From positions 67,585 to 131,584 of the forward strand of contig CAVXAT010000005.1 of assembly GCA_963759805.1 (NCBI GenBank): DNA of 64,000 bases, written 5' to 3'. Origin of the DNA: an uncultured bacterium. Lineage in GTDB: Bacteria > Babelota > Babeliae > Babelales > RVW-14. The notes below the pieces were generated by a model. That model was not told where the DNA came from, did not search any database, and saw only the letters and a program-made list of their open reading frames with translations. Within the stretch, counting starts at the first letter, position 1. The number at the start of each line of letters is the position of its first letter. The translations under genes and the position numbers were made by a program. Of this stretch, positions 8,883 to 17,247 are shown in pieces.

Positions 8883-11102
8883 ATGAAGTTTGTTAAGGCT
8901 ATTTTATTAATATTTTTAATTACAACATCTTTATCTCCGATGAAAAAGCCTGGTAAAAGCGTCATGCCAACGAAAAAGCCTGGTAAAATTGTCGTACCTG
9001 TGAAAAAGCCTAAAAGTGTCGCGCCAATAAAAAAACCTAAAAGTGTCGCGCCTGTAAAAAAACCTAAAAGTGTTGTGCCTGTAAAAAAACCTAAAAGTGA
9101 ATTGCAAGTTAAATTGGAACAACTAAAATCACCCTTGGCCGAATTAAGAACCAAGTTAATGAAATTGCAGGAAAAGCTTGAGTCTTTGAGAATATTTCTA
9201 GACCCGGTAACCGAAGAAAATATCTGGGATAAAATAAAAAACTTGATACAAAACCAAAATGGTAATGAATTTAATCTTAAGCCAGAAATAATCGATGAAT
9301 GGATGTTGCTTGACAATCAACTCGGTACATTAAAAACTGATATGACTAAAATCAAAAATGATATTGTAATCGACAATGAATATTTTAAAGGAATTAGATT
9401 AGCAGATTATGCACCTGTTTTATATGCATTTGGAGATGATGTAAATAAAAGCAACGAAAGAGCCGTAATGCTCTTTAAACGTTTATGTGAAAAGGTAACA
9501 CCTATCATATTGGATACAACTCCAAAATCTTGCAATTCTATAGGCAAACGAATAGAACAACTAGAAACTCATCATGCCGGTATGATTGGATTCTTCGCAA
9601 GGAAAAATGCAGACAAAAGAATACAAGACCTTTATAACAAAAAACACGACCAGCTTAATATCGTGTCTAAATTAATTGATGAAATAAAAATAGGAATGTT
9701 CAATAGATTGCAAGAGGTATTTTTTTATTTATATAAAGGATACACATACAAAAATCAAATGGGTGCCCCAACGCCTATATCTATTATCGACGCTAATATT
9801 GCAAACAAAAAAGCACTCATTGAAAACTTTGCACTACAATTTAACAGAGGGTTTGATGTTATTGATAAAGTATTTATTAATAGTTTTAGCGTTTGGCGTT
9901 ACACGTTTGCAGGACAGCATAACATAGATGATATTGATTCAGGGGGAATACGAAGAGTTGCTATTTCCGACCTTGCTGCTTACTATAATTCGAAAGCAGA
10001 AGAAAATGGATTTGATAATAATGCAACTCGTGAAGCATTTCCAAAACTCATCTGGTTTCTGCTTGCAAATATGTTCAAACCAAGCCGCGACTCTCTTTTA
10101 ATCCAGGCTTGGAACAACAATCATGATGTACAATTTGATGGGTTTTCTGCAATCATAAATCTCCCACTGCCATTTTGGGGCACATTGCTATCTCAAGGCT
10201 CACTTGAGATTTCTGAAGATGATACGAAAAACGTGTTTACAGAACTTGGTATGCAAGGTGCAATAGTAGGCAACCTAAAAGATGCCTTAGGTTGCGATAC
10301 AGACAAAGAAACCATTGATGAATTAAATAAAAAGATCAAACTTAAGGATAAATACATTCAAGCACTCAAATTAAACAAGATCCTTTCGTTTGAGGATAAA
10401 GTAAAAAACATGCTCAGCCGATATTTAGCCTCAAAATATCACATAGATGAGATCAAAAAAGACTTCTGGCAGGATGCCAACCTCGTAAATTTAAGACGGG
10501 ATGCAGGTGTGGATGAAGACACCTTATTATCAACCGGCGCATTTCTTGATAATAACGAAATTCAACGCCATCTGAATAATGGCAACGTACAGTTTTTACT
10601 CATGAGGAAGTTTCTTAAAGAATTAAATTCTCAACACTTGTTCAATATGTTTAATAAACCACCAATGGCTCAAGAAATTAAAGATATGATTGTTGAAGGA
10701 GTTAGACAGAATAGATATGCTATCAGTTCAGAAGTGACTGATGCAATCACCCTATCAGAAACATTCATAAGGGATTTATTCGCAAGAAAACGATTAGAGC
10801 TACAGGCTAACAGCACAGATCCCTCCCTCCAAGCACAAGTTTTGATACTCAAAGCAATTGTATGGACTTTTAACTTTATCAACGAAAATGCTGGTGATGA
10901 AAAAGAACAAATAGATATTCGTACTGGATTTGTAAAATTTGTTACTGGTCAATCACGCCCAGCATATATGGTAGTCACTACACAAACAATTGGAAACTTA
11001 GAAGCTCATACCTGCTTTAAAACGATAAACATTCCTGAGCAGTTGCTACAAGCAGATGATTATAATTCATTCAAAATCGCTCTTATAGGTGTTGTAAAGT
11101 AA
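8883..11102 (+). CDS. secreted HECT-type E3 ubiquitin ligase-like effector
   Basis: C-lobe FVKFVTGQSR...AHTCFKTINIP (Cys codon 11013-11015); N-lobe-like FAGQ..IDSGGIRR; signal peptide, basic repeats, leucine zipper. Confidence 0.8.
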   Translation: MKFVKAILLIFLITTSLSPMKKPGKSVMPTKKPGKIVVPVKKPKSVAPIKKPKSVAPVKKPKSVVPVKKPKSELQVKLEQLKSPLAELRTKLMKLQEKLESLRIFLDPVTEENIWDKIKNLIQNQNGNEFNLKPEIIDEWMLLDNQLGTLKTDMTKIKNDIVIDNEYFKGIRLADYAPVLYAFGDDVNKSNERAVMLFKRLCEKVTPIILDTTPKSCNSIGKRIEQLETHHAGMIGFFARKNADKRIQDLYNKKHDQLNIVSKLIDEIKIGMFNRLQEVFFYLYKGYTYKNQMGAPTPISIIDANIANKKALIENFALQFNRGFDVIDKVFINSFSVWRYTFAGQHNIDDIDSGGIRRVAISDLAAYYNSKAEENGFDNNATREAFPKLIWFLLANMFKPSRDSLLIQAWNNNHDVQFDGFSAIINLPLPFWGTLLSQGSLEISEDDTKNVFTELGMQGAIVGNLKDALGCDTDKETIDELNKKIKLKDKYIQALKLNKILSFEDKVKNMLSRYLASKYHIDEIKKDFWQDANLVNLRRDAGVDEDTLLSTGAFLDNNEIQRHLNNGNVQFLLMRKFLKELNSQHLFNMFNKPPMAQEIKDMIVEGVRQNRYAISSEVTDAITLSETFIRDLFARKRLELQANSTDPSLQAQVLILKAIVWTFNFINENAGDEKEQIDIRTGFVKFVTGQSRPAYMVVTTQTIGNLEAHTCFKTINIPEQLLQADDYNSFKIALIGVVK
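8943..9098 (+). repeat. tandem 27-30 nt repeats encoding KKP(G)KSV(A/V/M)P(V/I/T), five full units plus a partial one
   Basis: aaaaa(g/a)cct(ggt)aaaagtgtcgcgcc units seen directly. Confidence 0.9.
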
Positions 11103-11275
11103 AAAAAGGCATGCAGAATTAAGATTTACCAACAGCCAATCTAGATCTGGCTAATTTTTATCTTTTTATCTCCAAACATTGACGAATTTTGCAATATCAG
11201 GCATCTTCTGAATGTTTTAATAGGCAATTTTCCAAGGGTTATTTTAAATATTTTATTTTAATATGGGCTGATTCT

Positions 11276-13681
11276 ATGAAACTCTCGCTTGCATGGATAT
11301 TCGATCACATTAATGCGGACTGGAAAAAACAGGATATAGATCAAATTTTTTCAAAATTTAATACCACAACAGCCGAAATTGAAGATTTTCATAAACTGAA
11401 AATCGACTTGCAAAACTTCTTTCTTGGGAAAATTGTTGCAAGCACCAATAATAAAATAATTTTTTTGGTGCCGGAGTTAAAAAAAGAGATTGAGTTGGCG
11501 CAACCCCAAGCGCAAACCGATGGGACTTTTACACATACCCCAAATCCTGTTGTCCCAAATCCTATCTTAATGATCAAAAAAGTTAATGGCGTTTTTTACT
11601 GGGCAAATTTAGTTGATTTTGGAATGGAAAAGGACGGCCTCTTACCTGCATTTGATATAAAAGAGGAAGATCTGTCCGGAAACTGGCGCAATCAATTTGA
11701 AAACGAAGACATCATTCTTGAAATCGACAACAAATCAATCACACACAGACCGGATATGTGGGGGCACAGGGGCTTTGCTCGAGAAATTGCCATGATTATG
11801 GATCTACCATTTAAAGAACAATCTGAATTTTTAAAAGATATTCCAGTGCAGTGCTTTGATGGTCAAAGTAGAGCAACACAAACTAATCCAATCACAATCG
11901 AAAATCAGGCACCTGAAGGCTGCAAAAGATTCACAGGGCTTTATTTTAAATCAATTGAAAACAGACCATCCAACATTTTTATTGCAAGCAGGCTGCTCAA
12001 AATTGGGCAACGACCAATTAATGGAATAATAGATCTAACAAACTACATTGCCCAAGAGTGGGCACAGCCCGTTCATGCTTATGACACAGAAAAAATTACA
12101 GACAAAAAAATCATTATTAGATTAGCTAAAAAAGGCGAAAAGATTGAGCTCCTGGACGGAAATAGCATCGAACTAACCAATCACGACATGGTCATCGCAG
12201 ACAGTAAACATGCAATGTGCTTGGCAGGAGTCAGAGGTGGGATAAGCAGTGCTATAAGCGGCGCAACAAACTCTATCCTTTTTGAATCGGCAACCTTTGA
12301 TGCCGGGACGGTTCGACGCAGCGCCTTAAGACACAAAACCCGCACCGACTCTTCTGCAAGATTTGAGAAAACACTTGATCCAAACCAAACAACTCAAGCA
12401 ACCCAAAGATTTTTGAAATTACTGGATGAGTATGGAATAAAAGCTGAATATGCTCCGGAAATTATCTCAATTGGGCATCCGGTTGCAGAAAATGTAATTG
12501 AGCTAAGTCACGACTTTTTAGAAAAACGCTCAGGAATTAGCTTGCAAGAAAGCGATGTCATCAGGCCTCTTACAAAACTAGGTTTCACAGTTTCAGTGAA
12601 AAAAACGCCGGCTTCAATACTTTATGATATTAAAATTCCTACTTTTCGAGGTAGCAAAGATATCAAAATAAAAGAGGACATACTTGAAGAAGTGGCGCGC
12701 TGTTATGGTCTTAATAACATTCCTCTGAATTTGCCTGTTTTTATTAGAAAGCCTTACGATCTGAAATCCCAAGCAAGACTACGCTTAATTAAAGATTACC
12801 TGTCCAGCGAGGCCAAAATGTCCGAACAACAAAATTATGTGTTCTTTGATGAGGATTTTTTGACCGAAGTAAATTTGGCTGGAGCAAATCTGAATGAGCA
12901 GAACATAGTCAGCGTGGTTAATCCGGTTTCGCAAAACAACTTTAGGTTGGTTTGTTCACTTGTCCCGGGACTGCTTAAAAATATAAAAAATAATCATATA
13001 CATCACGATAAACTTGCTTTTTTTGAATTCGCACGCGTCTGGAATGTGGAAAAGAATAAAGTTGTTGAGCATAAGTCTCTTGCCGGCATATTTTTTGAAA
13101 AATACACAGAGATAGATTTTTACAGATGCAAACAACACATAATTGATCTGTTTTTAGCTCTTGGATTTGATGTAAAAAAACTTGAATGGCAAAAAATTGA
13201 TAAGCCTGCCACTGATTGGTACAGGGAGTATCAGACTGCAGAAATTATATTTGATGGCAAAAAAGTTGGCATTGCAGGTAACGCAGATCCGGTCTTTTTA
13301 AGTAAACTTAAAATTCACGAACAAAACTCGGCATTCATTTTTGAAATTGATGGAAAGTGGCTTTTAGAAGGCAAAACCAAGGCAAAACGTTACTCTGCAT
13401 TTTCAAAATTTCAGGAAACATACTTTGACTTGAGCATTCTTGTACCATTAACCGTAACCACAAAATTTGTCGAAGATAAGTTAGAAAAAGTAAACACACT
13501 TATTAAAAAAGTTGAATTAATCGACTTTTTTGAAAAAGCTGAATGGACTGACTCTCGATCACAAACATTTAGAATTTGGCTTGAACATCCGGATAAAACA
13601 CTAGAAAAAGAGGATATCGACAACACAATGCAATTGGCAATCAAGGCGATAGAATCATTTGGTGCAAAACTCAGATCCTAG
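11276..13681 (+). CDS. pheT: phenylalanine--tRNA ligase beta subunit
   Basis: MKLSLAWI start, THRPDMWGHRGFARE, B3/B4 RTDSSARFEK, B5 EDILEEVARCYG, C-terminal FDX-ACB domain; B2 region divergent. Confidence 0.95.
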   Translation: MKLSLAWIFDHINADWKKQDIDQIFSKFNTTTAEIEDFHKLKIDLQNFFLGKIVASTNNKIIFLVPELKKEIELAQPQAQTDGTFTHTPNPVVPNPILMIKKVNGVFYWANLVDFGMEKDGLLPAFDIKEEDLSGNWRNQFENEDIILEIDNKSITHRPDMWGHRGFAREIAMIMDLPFKEQSEFLKDIPVQCFDGQSRATQTNPITIENQAPEGCKRFTGLYFKSIENRPSNIFIASRLLKIGQRPINGIIDLTNYIAQEWAQPVHAYDTEKITDKKIIIRLAKKGEKIELLDGNSIELTNHDMVIADSKHAMCLAGVRGGISSAISGATNSILFESATFDAGTVRRSALRHKTRTDSSARFEKTLDPNQTTQATQRFLKLLDEYGIKAEYAPEIISIGHPVAENVIELSHDFLEKRSGISLQESDVIRPLTKLGFTVSVKKTPASILYDIKIPTFRGSKDIKIKEDILEEVARCYGLNNIPLNLPVFIRKPYDLKSQARLRLIKDYLSSEAKMSEQQNYVFFDEDFLTEVNLAGANLNEQNIVSVVNPVSQNNFRLVCSLVPGLLKNIKNNHIHHDKLAFFEFARVWNVEKNKVVEHKSLAGIFFEKYTEIDFYRCKQHIIDLFLALGFDVKKLEWQKIDKPATDWYREYQTAEIIFDGKKVGIAGNADPVFLSKLKIHEQNSAFIFEIDGKWLLEGKTKAKRYSAFSKFQETYFDLSILVPLTVTTKFVEDKLEKVNTLIKKVELIDFFEKAEWTDSRSQTFRIWLEHPDKTLEKEDIDNTMQLAIKAIESFGAKLRS

Positions 13682-13701
13682 GATATTTCGAGATAAACAT
13701 T

Positions 13702-14181
13702 ATGAATAGAAGTTCGTCTTTTGTTTTATATTTATTTTTAATTTCAACAATTATAACAGCCGATCAAGCTGCAAAACGCTGGGCTCTGGCAAACCTGGCT
13801 AACAATGCAGATATGCCAATTAACGGATGGTGCAATTTGTCATTTTCTGCCAACCGTGGCATAAGCTGGAGCTTGTTTAATAATTTAAAATCAGATTTTG
13901 GATTTTATATCCTCACATTCATTATTTCAACAGTAATTCTTGCATTTGCATTTTATGCTGTAATTAAACATTTAAATAAAAAACCAATTTATTTTGAAAG
14001 CTTCGTAATCGGAGGTGCGATTGCAAATATTATTGACAGAATCACCCACGGTTTTGTTATAGATTTTATAGACGTACATTTAGGCATCTGGCACTGGCCA
14101 ACATTTAACATTGCGGATATTTTTGTAGTAATAGGAGTTTTGGGAGTATTATTTAAAGAATTGCGGAAAAAACATGTTTGA
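13702..14181 (+). CDS. lspA: lipoprotein signal peptidase II
   Basis: NRGISWS, GGAIANIIDR, VIDFI, WPTFNIADIF motifs. Confidence 0.95.
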   Translation: MNRSSSFVLYLFLISTIITADQAAKRWALANLANNADMPINGWCNLSFSANRGISWSLFNNLKSDFGFYILTFIISTVILAFAFYAVIKHLNKKPIYFESFVIGGAIANIIDRITHGFVIDFIDVHLGIWHWPTFNIADIFVVIGVLGVLFKELRKKHV

Positions 14182-14647
14182 AAAAATAAAAAATTTTTTT
14201 ATCAAAATCGCAACCTTGGATTCGCTCGGTAACTGGTTTTTTGGTGGTGTAATTTCAGCATTGCTGGCCATTCCATTTTTATATATTTTACAGTTTTTAT
14301 ATGGCAAATTTCCATACATATTCCATTCACTCTGGATTGCAATCGTCTTGTTATGCCTGGTATCAATTTACATCGCACTCAAAGAGTTCAAAAGTAGCAT
14401 TGTTCTTCATAAATTCATTGGAGTAATGATCGCATTTTACTGCGTTCCATTAACATTGAGAATTGTCTTTTCCGGAATACTTCTATTTTATCTTTGGGAT
14501 TTTTTGATACCCCTAATAATCTTTAAAAATCATAATCATAATGAGCTTGGTAAAATCAAACAGATGTTTTATCTGATAATCCCCGCTGTTGCATCAGGAA
14601 TTATTGTAAATGCCTTCTTACACCTTGTAATCTGGATCGCCCATTAA
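14174..14647 (+). CDS. membrane protein, degenerate PgpA (phosphatidylglycerophosphatase A)-like
   Basis: Topology and spacing resemble PgpA (IVLHKFIG for IVIDEVxG; FYLWDFLIP for FRxxDIxKP), but acidic catalytic residues are missing. Confidence 0.45.
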   Translation: MFEKIKNFFIKIATLDSLGNWFFGGVISALLAIPFLYILQFLYGKFPYIFHSLWIAIVLLCLVSIYIALKEFKSSIVLHKFIGVMIAFYCVPLTLRIVFSGILLFYLWDFLIPLIIFKNHNHNELGKIKQMFYLIIPAVASGIIVNAFLHLVIWIAH

Positions 14648-14766
14648 TACTATTAATACTAATTCAATTAAATTACATAATTTTGTTTTAGACCAGATCA
14701 AAAAGCATCTGGCCCTATATAATTTTTCTGAAATAAAGACTCAAGAACTGGGGGCATCCTGACGCA

Positions 14767-15519
14767 ATGAGTCGGCAACTCTTGAGTTCGGCTCTTGAAC
14801 AAGCAGCTAAAGTTTATTCACATAACCAAACGCAAGAATCAGACCAGCTTGGCATTGAGATACTAAACACAAATAATATAGAACAATATGCATATCTCAT
14901 CAAAATGCTTGATTCACTTTGCATGGAAAGGCTCAGGCTTGAAAATTATGCTATAAAGCTAAATTTACAAAACGATAGCCAAGAATGGAACGAGTTGACT
15001 AAGCTGCTGCAAATATTGTCAGTCAGCTATGTTGCTGCGCCCAATCTCACTAAAAATCTTGAAAACCCCAATGAAATGAGCTTTGAATTTGTTTCGCGCG
15101 ATCTTGGTGCAGACATAACATTTATTTGCGGTAAATGCTACGCCATCAACAATAATATTCAAAATATTCAAGCAAAAATTGACATAAACAAGTTGATTAT
15201 ACTTGTTGAAAAACAGCAAAGCAGGCTGTTAATTCCTGAAAATCTCCCCCTGCATGTTGTCATTCCAATCGGCAAAGAACAGAGGGCTTTGGCCTTACTG
15301 TTGGCAGATAAATTACAATCAAACTCATTGAGCACAGATGTGATTTTGGAAGATATATCATTGCCAGATATGATGGCAAAAGCAAATAAGCTCGGTGCAA
15401 AATATGTTTTGATTGTTGGACAAGACGAACAAAGGGACGGCACCGTCACAATCAAAAACATGCAAAAAGGTGATAGCACCACTGTTAAGCAGTCCGAAAT
15501 AATTTCGTATTTAAAATAA
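14767..15519 (+). CDS. shortened histidyl-tRNA synthetase paralogue retaining the anticodon-binding domain
   Basis: C-terminal ANKLGAKYVLIVGQDE..GTVTIKNM HGTP anticodon domain; degenerate core QLGIEIL, FEFVSRDLGA. Confidence 0.75.
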   Translation: MSRQLLSSALEQAAKVYSHNQTQESDQLGIEILNTNNIEQYAYLIKMLDSLCMERLRLENYAIKLNLQNDSQEWNELTKLLQILSVSYVAAPNLTKNLENPNEMSFEFVSRDLGADITFICGKCYAINNNIQNIQAKIDINKLIILVEKQQSRLLIPENLPLHVVIPIGKEQRALALLLADKLQSNSLSTDVILEDISLPDMMAKANKLGAKYVLIVGQDEQRDGTVTIKNMQKGDSTTVKQSEIISYLK

Positions 15520-15520
15520 T

Positions 15521-16222
15521 CTATTTTTCTTCAACTTGTTTTGCTTGTGCAGGAGCCTGTTTAGATTTGATATACGCTTCAACAATCGTGAGATGCTTCA
15601 GCTGCTCATCGAAACCAAAAGTGTATCTTGAAAAACTGATAGCAATATCACGTTTAACGTTTTTTAGATAGCGCTTAACTCCGTTCATTTGCAGTTCAAG
15701 ATAGTCTTCTATTTTGTCAGGAGCCTGAAGCGGAACAACAACTTTATCCATTGGTGGGGCCTCATCTGAAACAAAAACATTATAATAAGCAATTTCACCA
15801 CTTAATTCATTTATGATTCCATCCAACAAATGCGTGTAACTTTGAGCGCTTTTTTCTGATCTTTCAAATTCAGCCTTATCTATGCGAACTTTTTTAGATT
15901 CGCTCAAAAATGTGATTTTTTCTTTTATAAGTTTTTGTTTGGTAATAATTTCTACTTTTTTATTGAAGATATCTAATCTCATTAATGCCAGCTCTTCAAC
16001 TACTTTTTTTAATTTTATTTTGAAATCTTGGGGAACAGGCTTAATGTAAAGATATTTTTGGGTTTTTGAATCAAGCTCTTCGATTTTCTTTTCAACTCCG
16101 CTTTTCCCCGTTTCAGTCTGGGAAGAATTTTCCAACACACCCTGAGAACTGTCTTGGGCTACCTCTCCCCCCTTCTCATTCGATTTCAAATTATCAAGTT
16201 CTAAATTATCAAGATTAAGCAT
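15521..16222 (-). CDS. hypothetical coiled-coil protein
   Basis: Long open frame, charged helical composition; ATG at 16222 preferred. Confidence 0.7.
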   Translation of the reverse strand: MLNLDNLELDNLKSNEKGGEVAQDSSQGVLENSSQTETGKSGVEKKIEELDSKTQKYLYIKPVPQDFKIKLKKVVEELALMRLDIFNKKVEIITKQKLIKEKITFLSESKKVRIDKAEFERSEKSAQSYTHLLDGIINELSGEIAYYNVFVSDEAPPMDKVVVPLQAPDKIEDYLELQMNGVKRYLKNVKRDIAISFSRYTFGFDEQLKHLTIVEAYIKSKQAPAQAKQVEEK

Positions 16223-16454
16223 AAAAACACCATAATTAAATTCTACCAATTAAAACGCTACCATTTTAAATAAAATTGAGACAAAGCAAGTGTACTTTAC
16301 ATATGGGAAAATAGCAAAATGATTACTATTTTTCCATTATTTAAACCAACCCTGGTATAGCTCGCCAACATTATTTCAAACATTAGATTAAATTCATGGT
16401 TAAGTCTCGCTATATTCTGCTAGAAATAAAGTTGGGAGCATGTGAGGGATTTGT

Positions 16455-16482
16455 TTGATTTTAAGCCTATAAAATGTAGTAT
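16455..16482 (+). promoter_or_regulatory. putative sigma70-like promoter TTGATT-N16-TAGTAT
   Basis: Same motif and spacing upstream of paralogues at 57069-57096 and 60559-60586. Confidence 0.55.
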
Positions 16483-16531
16483 TAAACATTATTGGTTAGC
16501 ATTGGAGGCCCGTCTTTAAAGGAACATAACT

Positions 16532-17242
16532 ATGATTTTAAAAAAATTGATTTCAGGTTTAATTGTAGTACTTATTAGTTTAAATTTTGCCATGTATCCG
16601 GTAGACGGTGAGTCGGAGAATTTAAATTTGGTTCATGGTTGTAAGGAAGACAGCAAAGATCAAAATTTGGATGGCAATGAAGGTGGTAAACCAGCCTGTA
16701 ATGATGAGTGTACAGGTGCCGATATCGATAAACAGCTTTTGAATTTTATATATACAATCTTTACAGAAGATGAAATAAATGAGATGAATCAATCTGCCAA
16801 AGACAAGAGTTATACAGATTTGAAAAAAAAATGTGGATGCAGAATGTGGTTTAACAAAAATTATGATTGTGCAGAAGTATACTTATGTGATGAACATTTC
16901 CGATATTTTGAGCTTTTGCATGCGCCAGAATCAGATTCAGAGAATTCCAATGGTACAAGTAGCAAACCAACGATCAAAAACGAGGCGCTACAAATCAGTA
17001 ATGAAGGCAGGGCTACACAAGGTAACACAAGTATTAATAGGGGCATTTGTAACAGTGATTTGTGTAAAGGTGATATAGATTTAGAAAATATAAATATGGA
17101 GGATTTTCGTGAATATAATTGCACAGATCACGCAGGCAGTAATATGGGAAACAAAACAACTGGAGCTGTAAATAGCCATAAAAACTATGATGCATCAGGT
17201 ATAGGCTTTACTGATATAACCTTGGAAGATATAGATCATTAG
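16532..17242 (+). CDS. small secreted Cys-rich protein (CxC..CxxH family), copy 1
   Basis: Signal peptide nearly identical to that of 57141; CGCRM..DCAEVYLCDEH motif. Confidence 0.8.
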   Translation: MILKKLISGLIVVLISLNFAMYPVDGESENLNLVHGCKEDSKDQNLDGNEGGKPACNDECTGADIDKQLLNFIYTIFTEDEINEMNQSAKDKSYTDLKKKCGCRMWFNKNYDCAEVYLCDEHFRYFELLHAPESDSENSNGTSSKPTIKNEALQISNEGRATQGNTSINRGICNSDLCKGDIDLENINMEDFREYNCTDHAGSNMGNKTTGAVNSHKNYDASGIGFTDITLEDIDH

Positions 17243-17247
17243 ACTAA

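Noticed and set aside
8834..9316. 160-aa - strand ORF with LLGFF repeats
   Set aside because: Antisense of the KKPKS repeats in the HECT gene.
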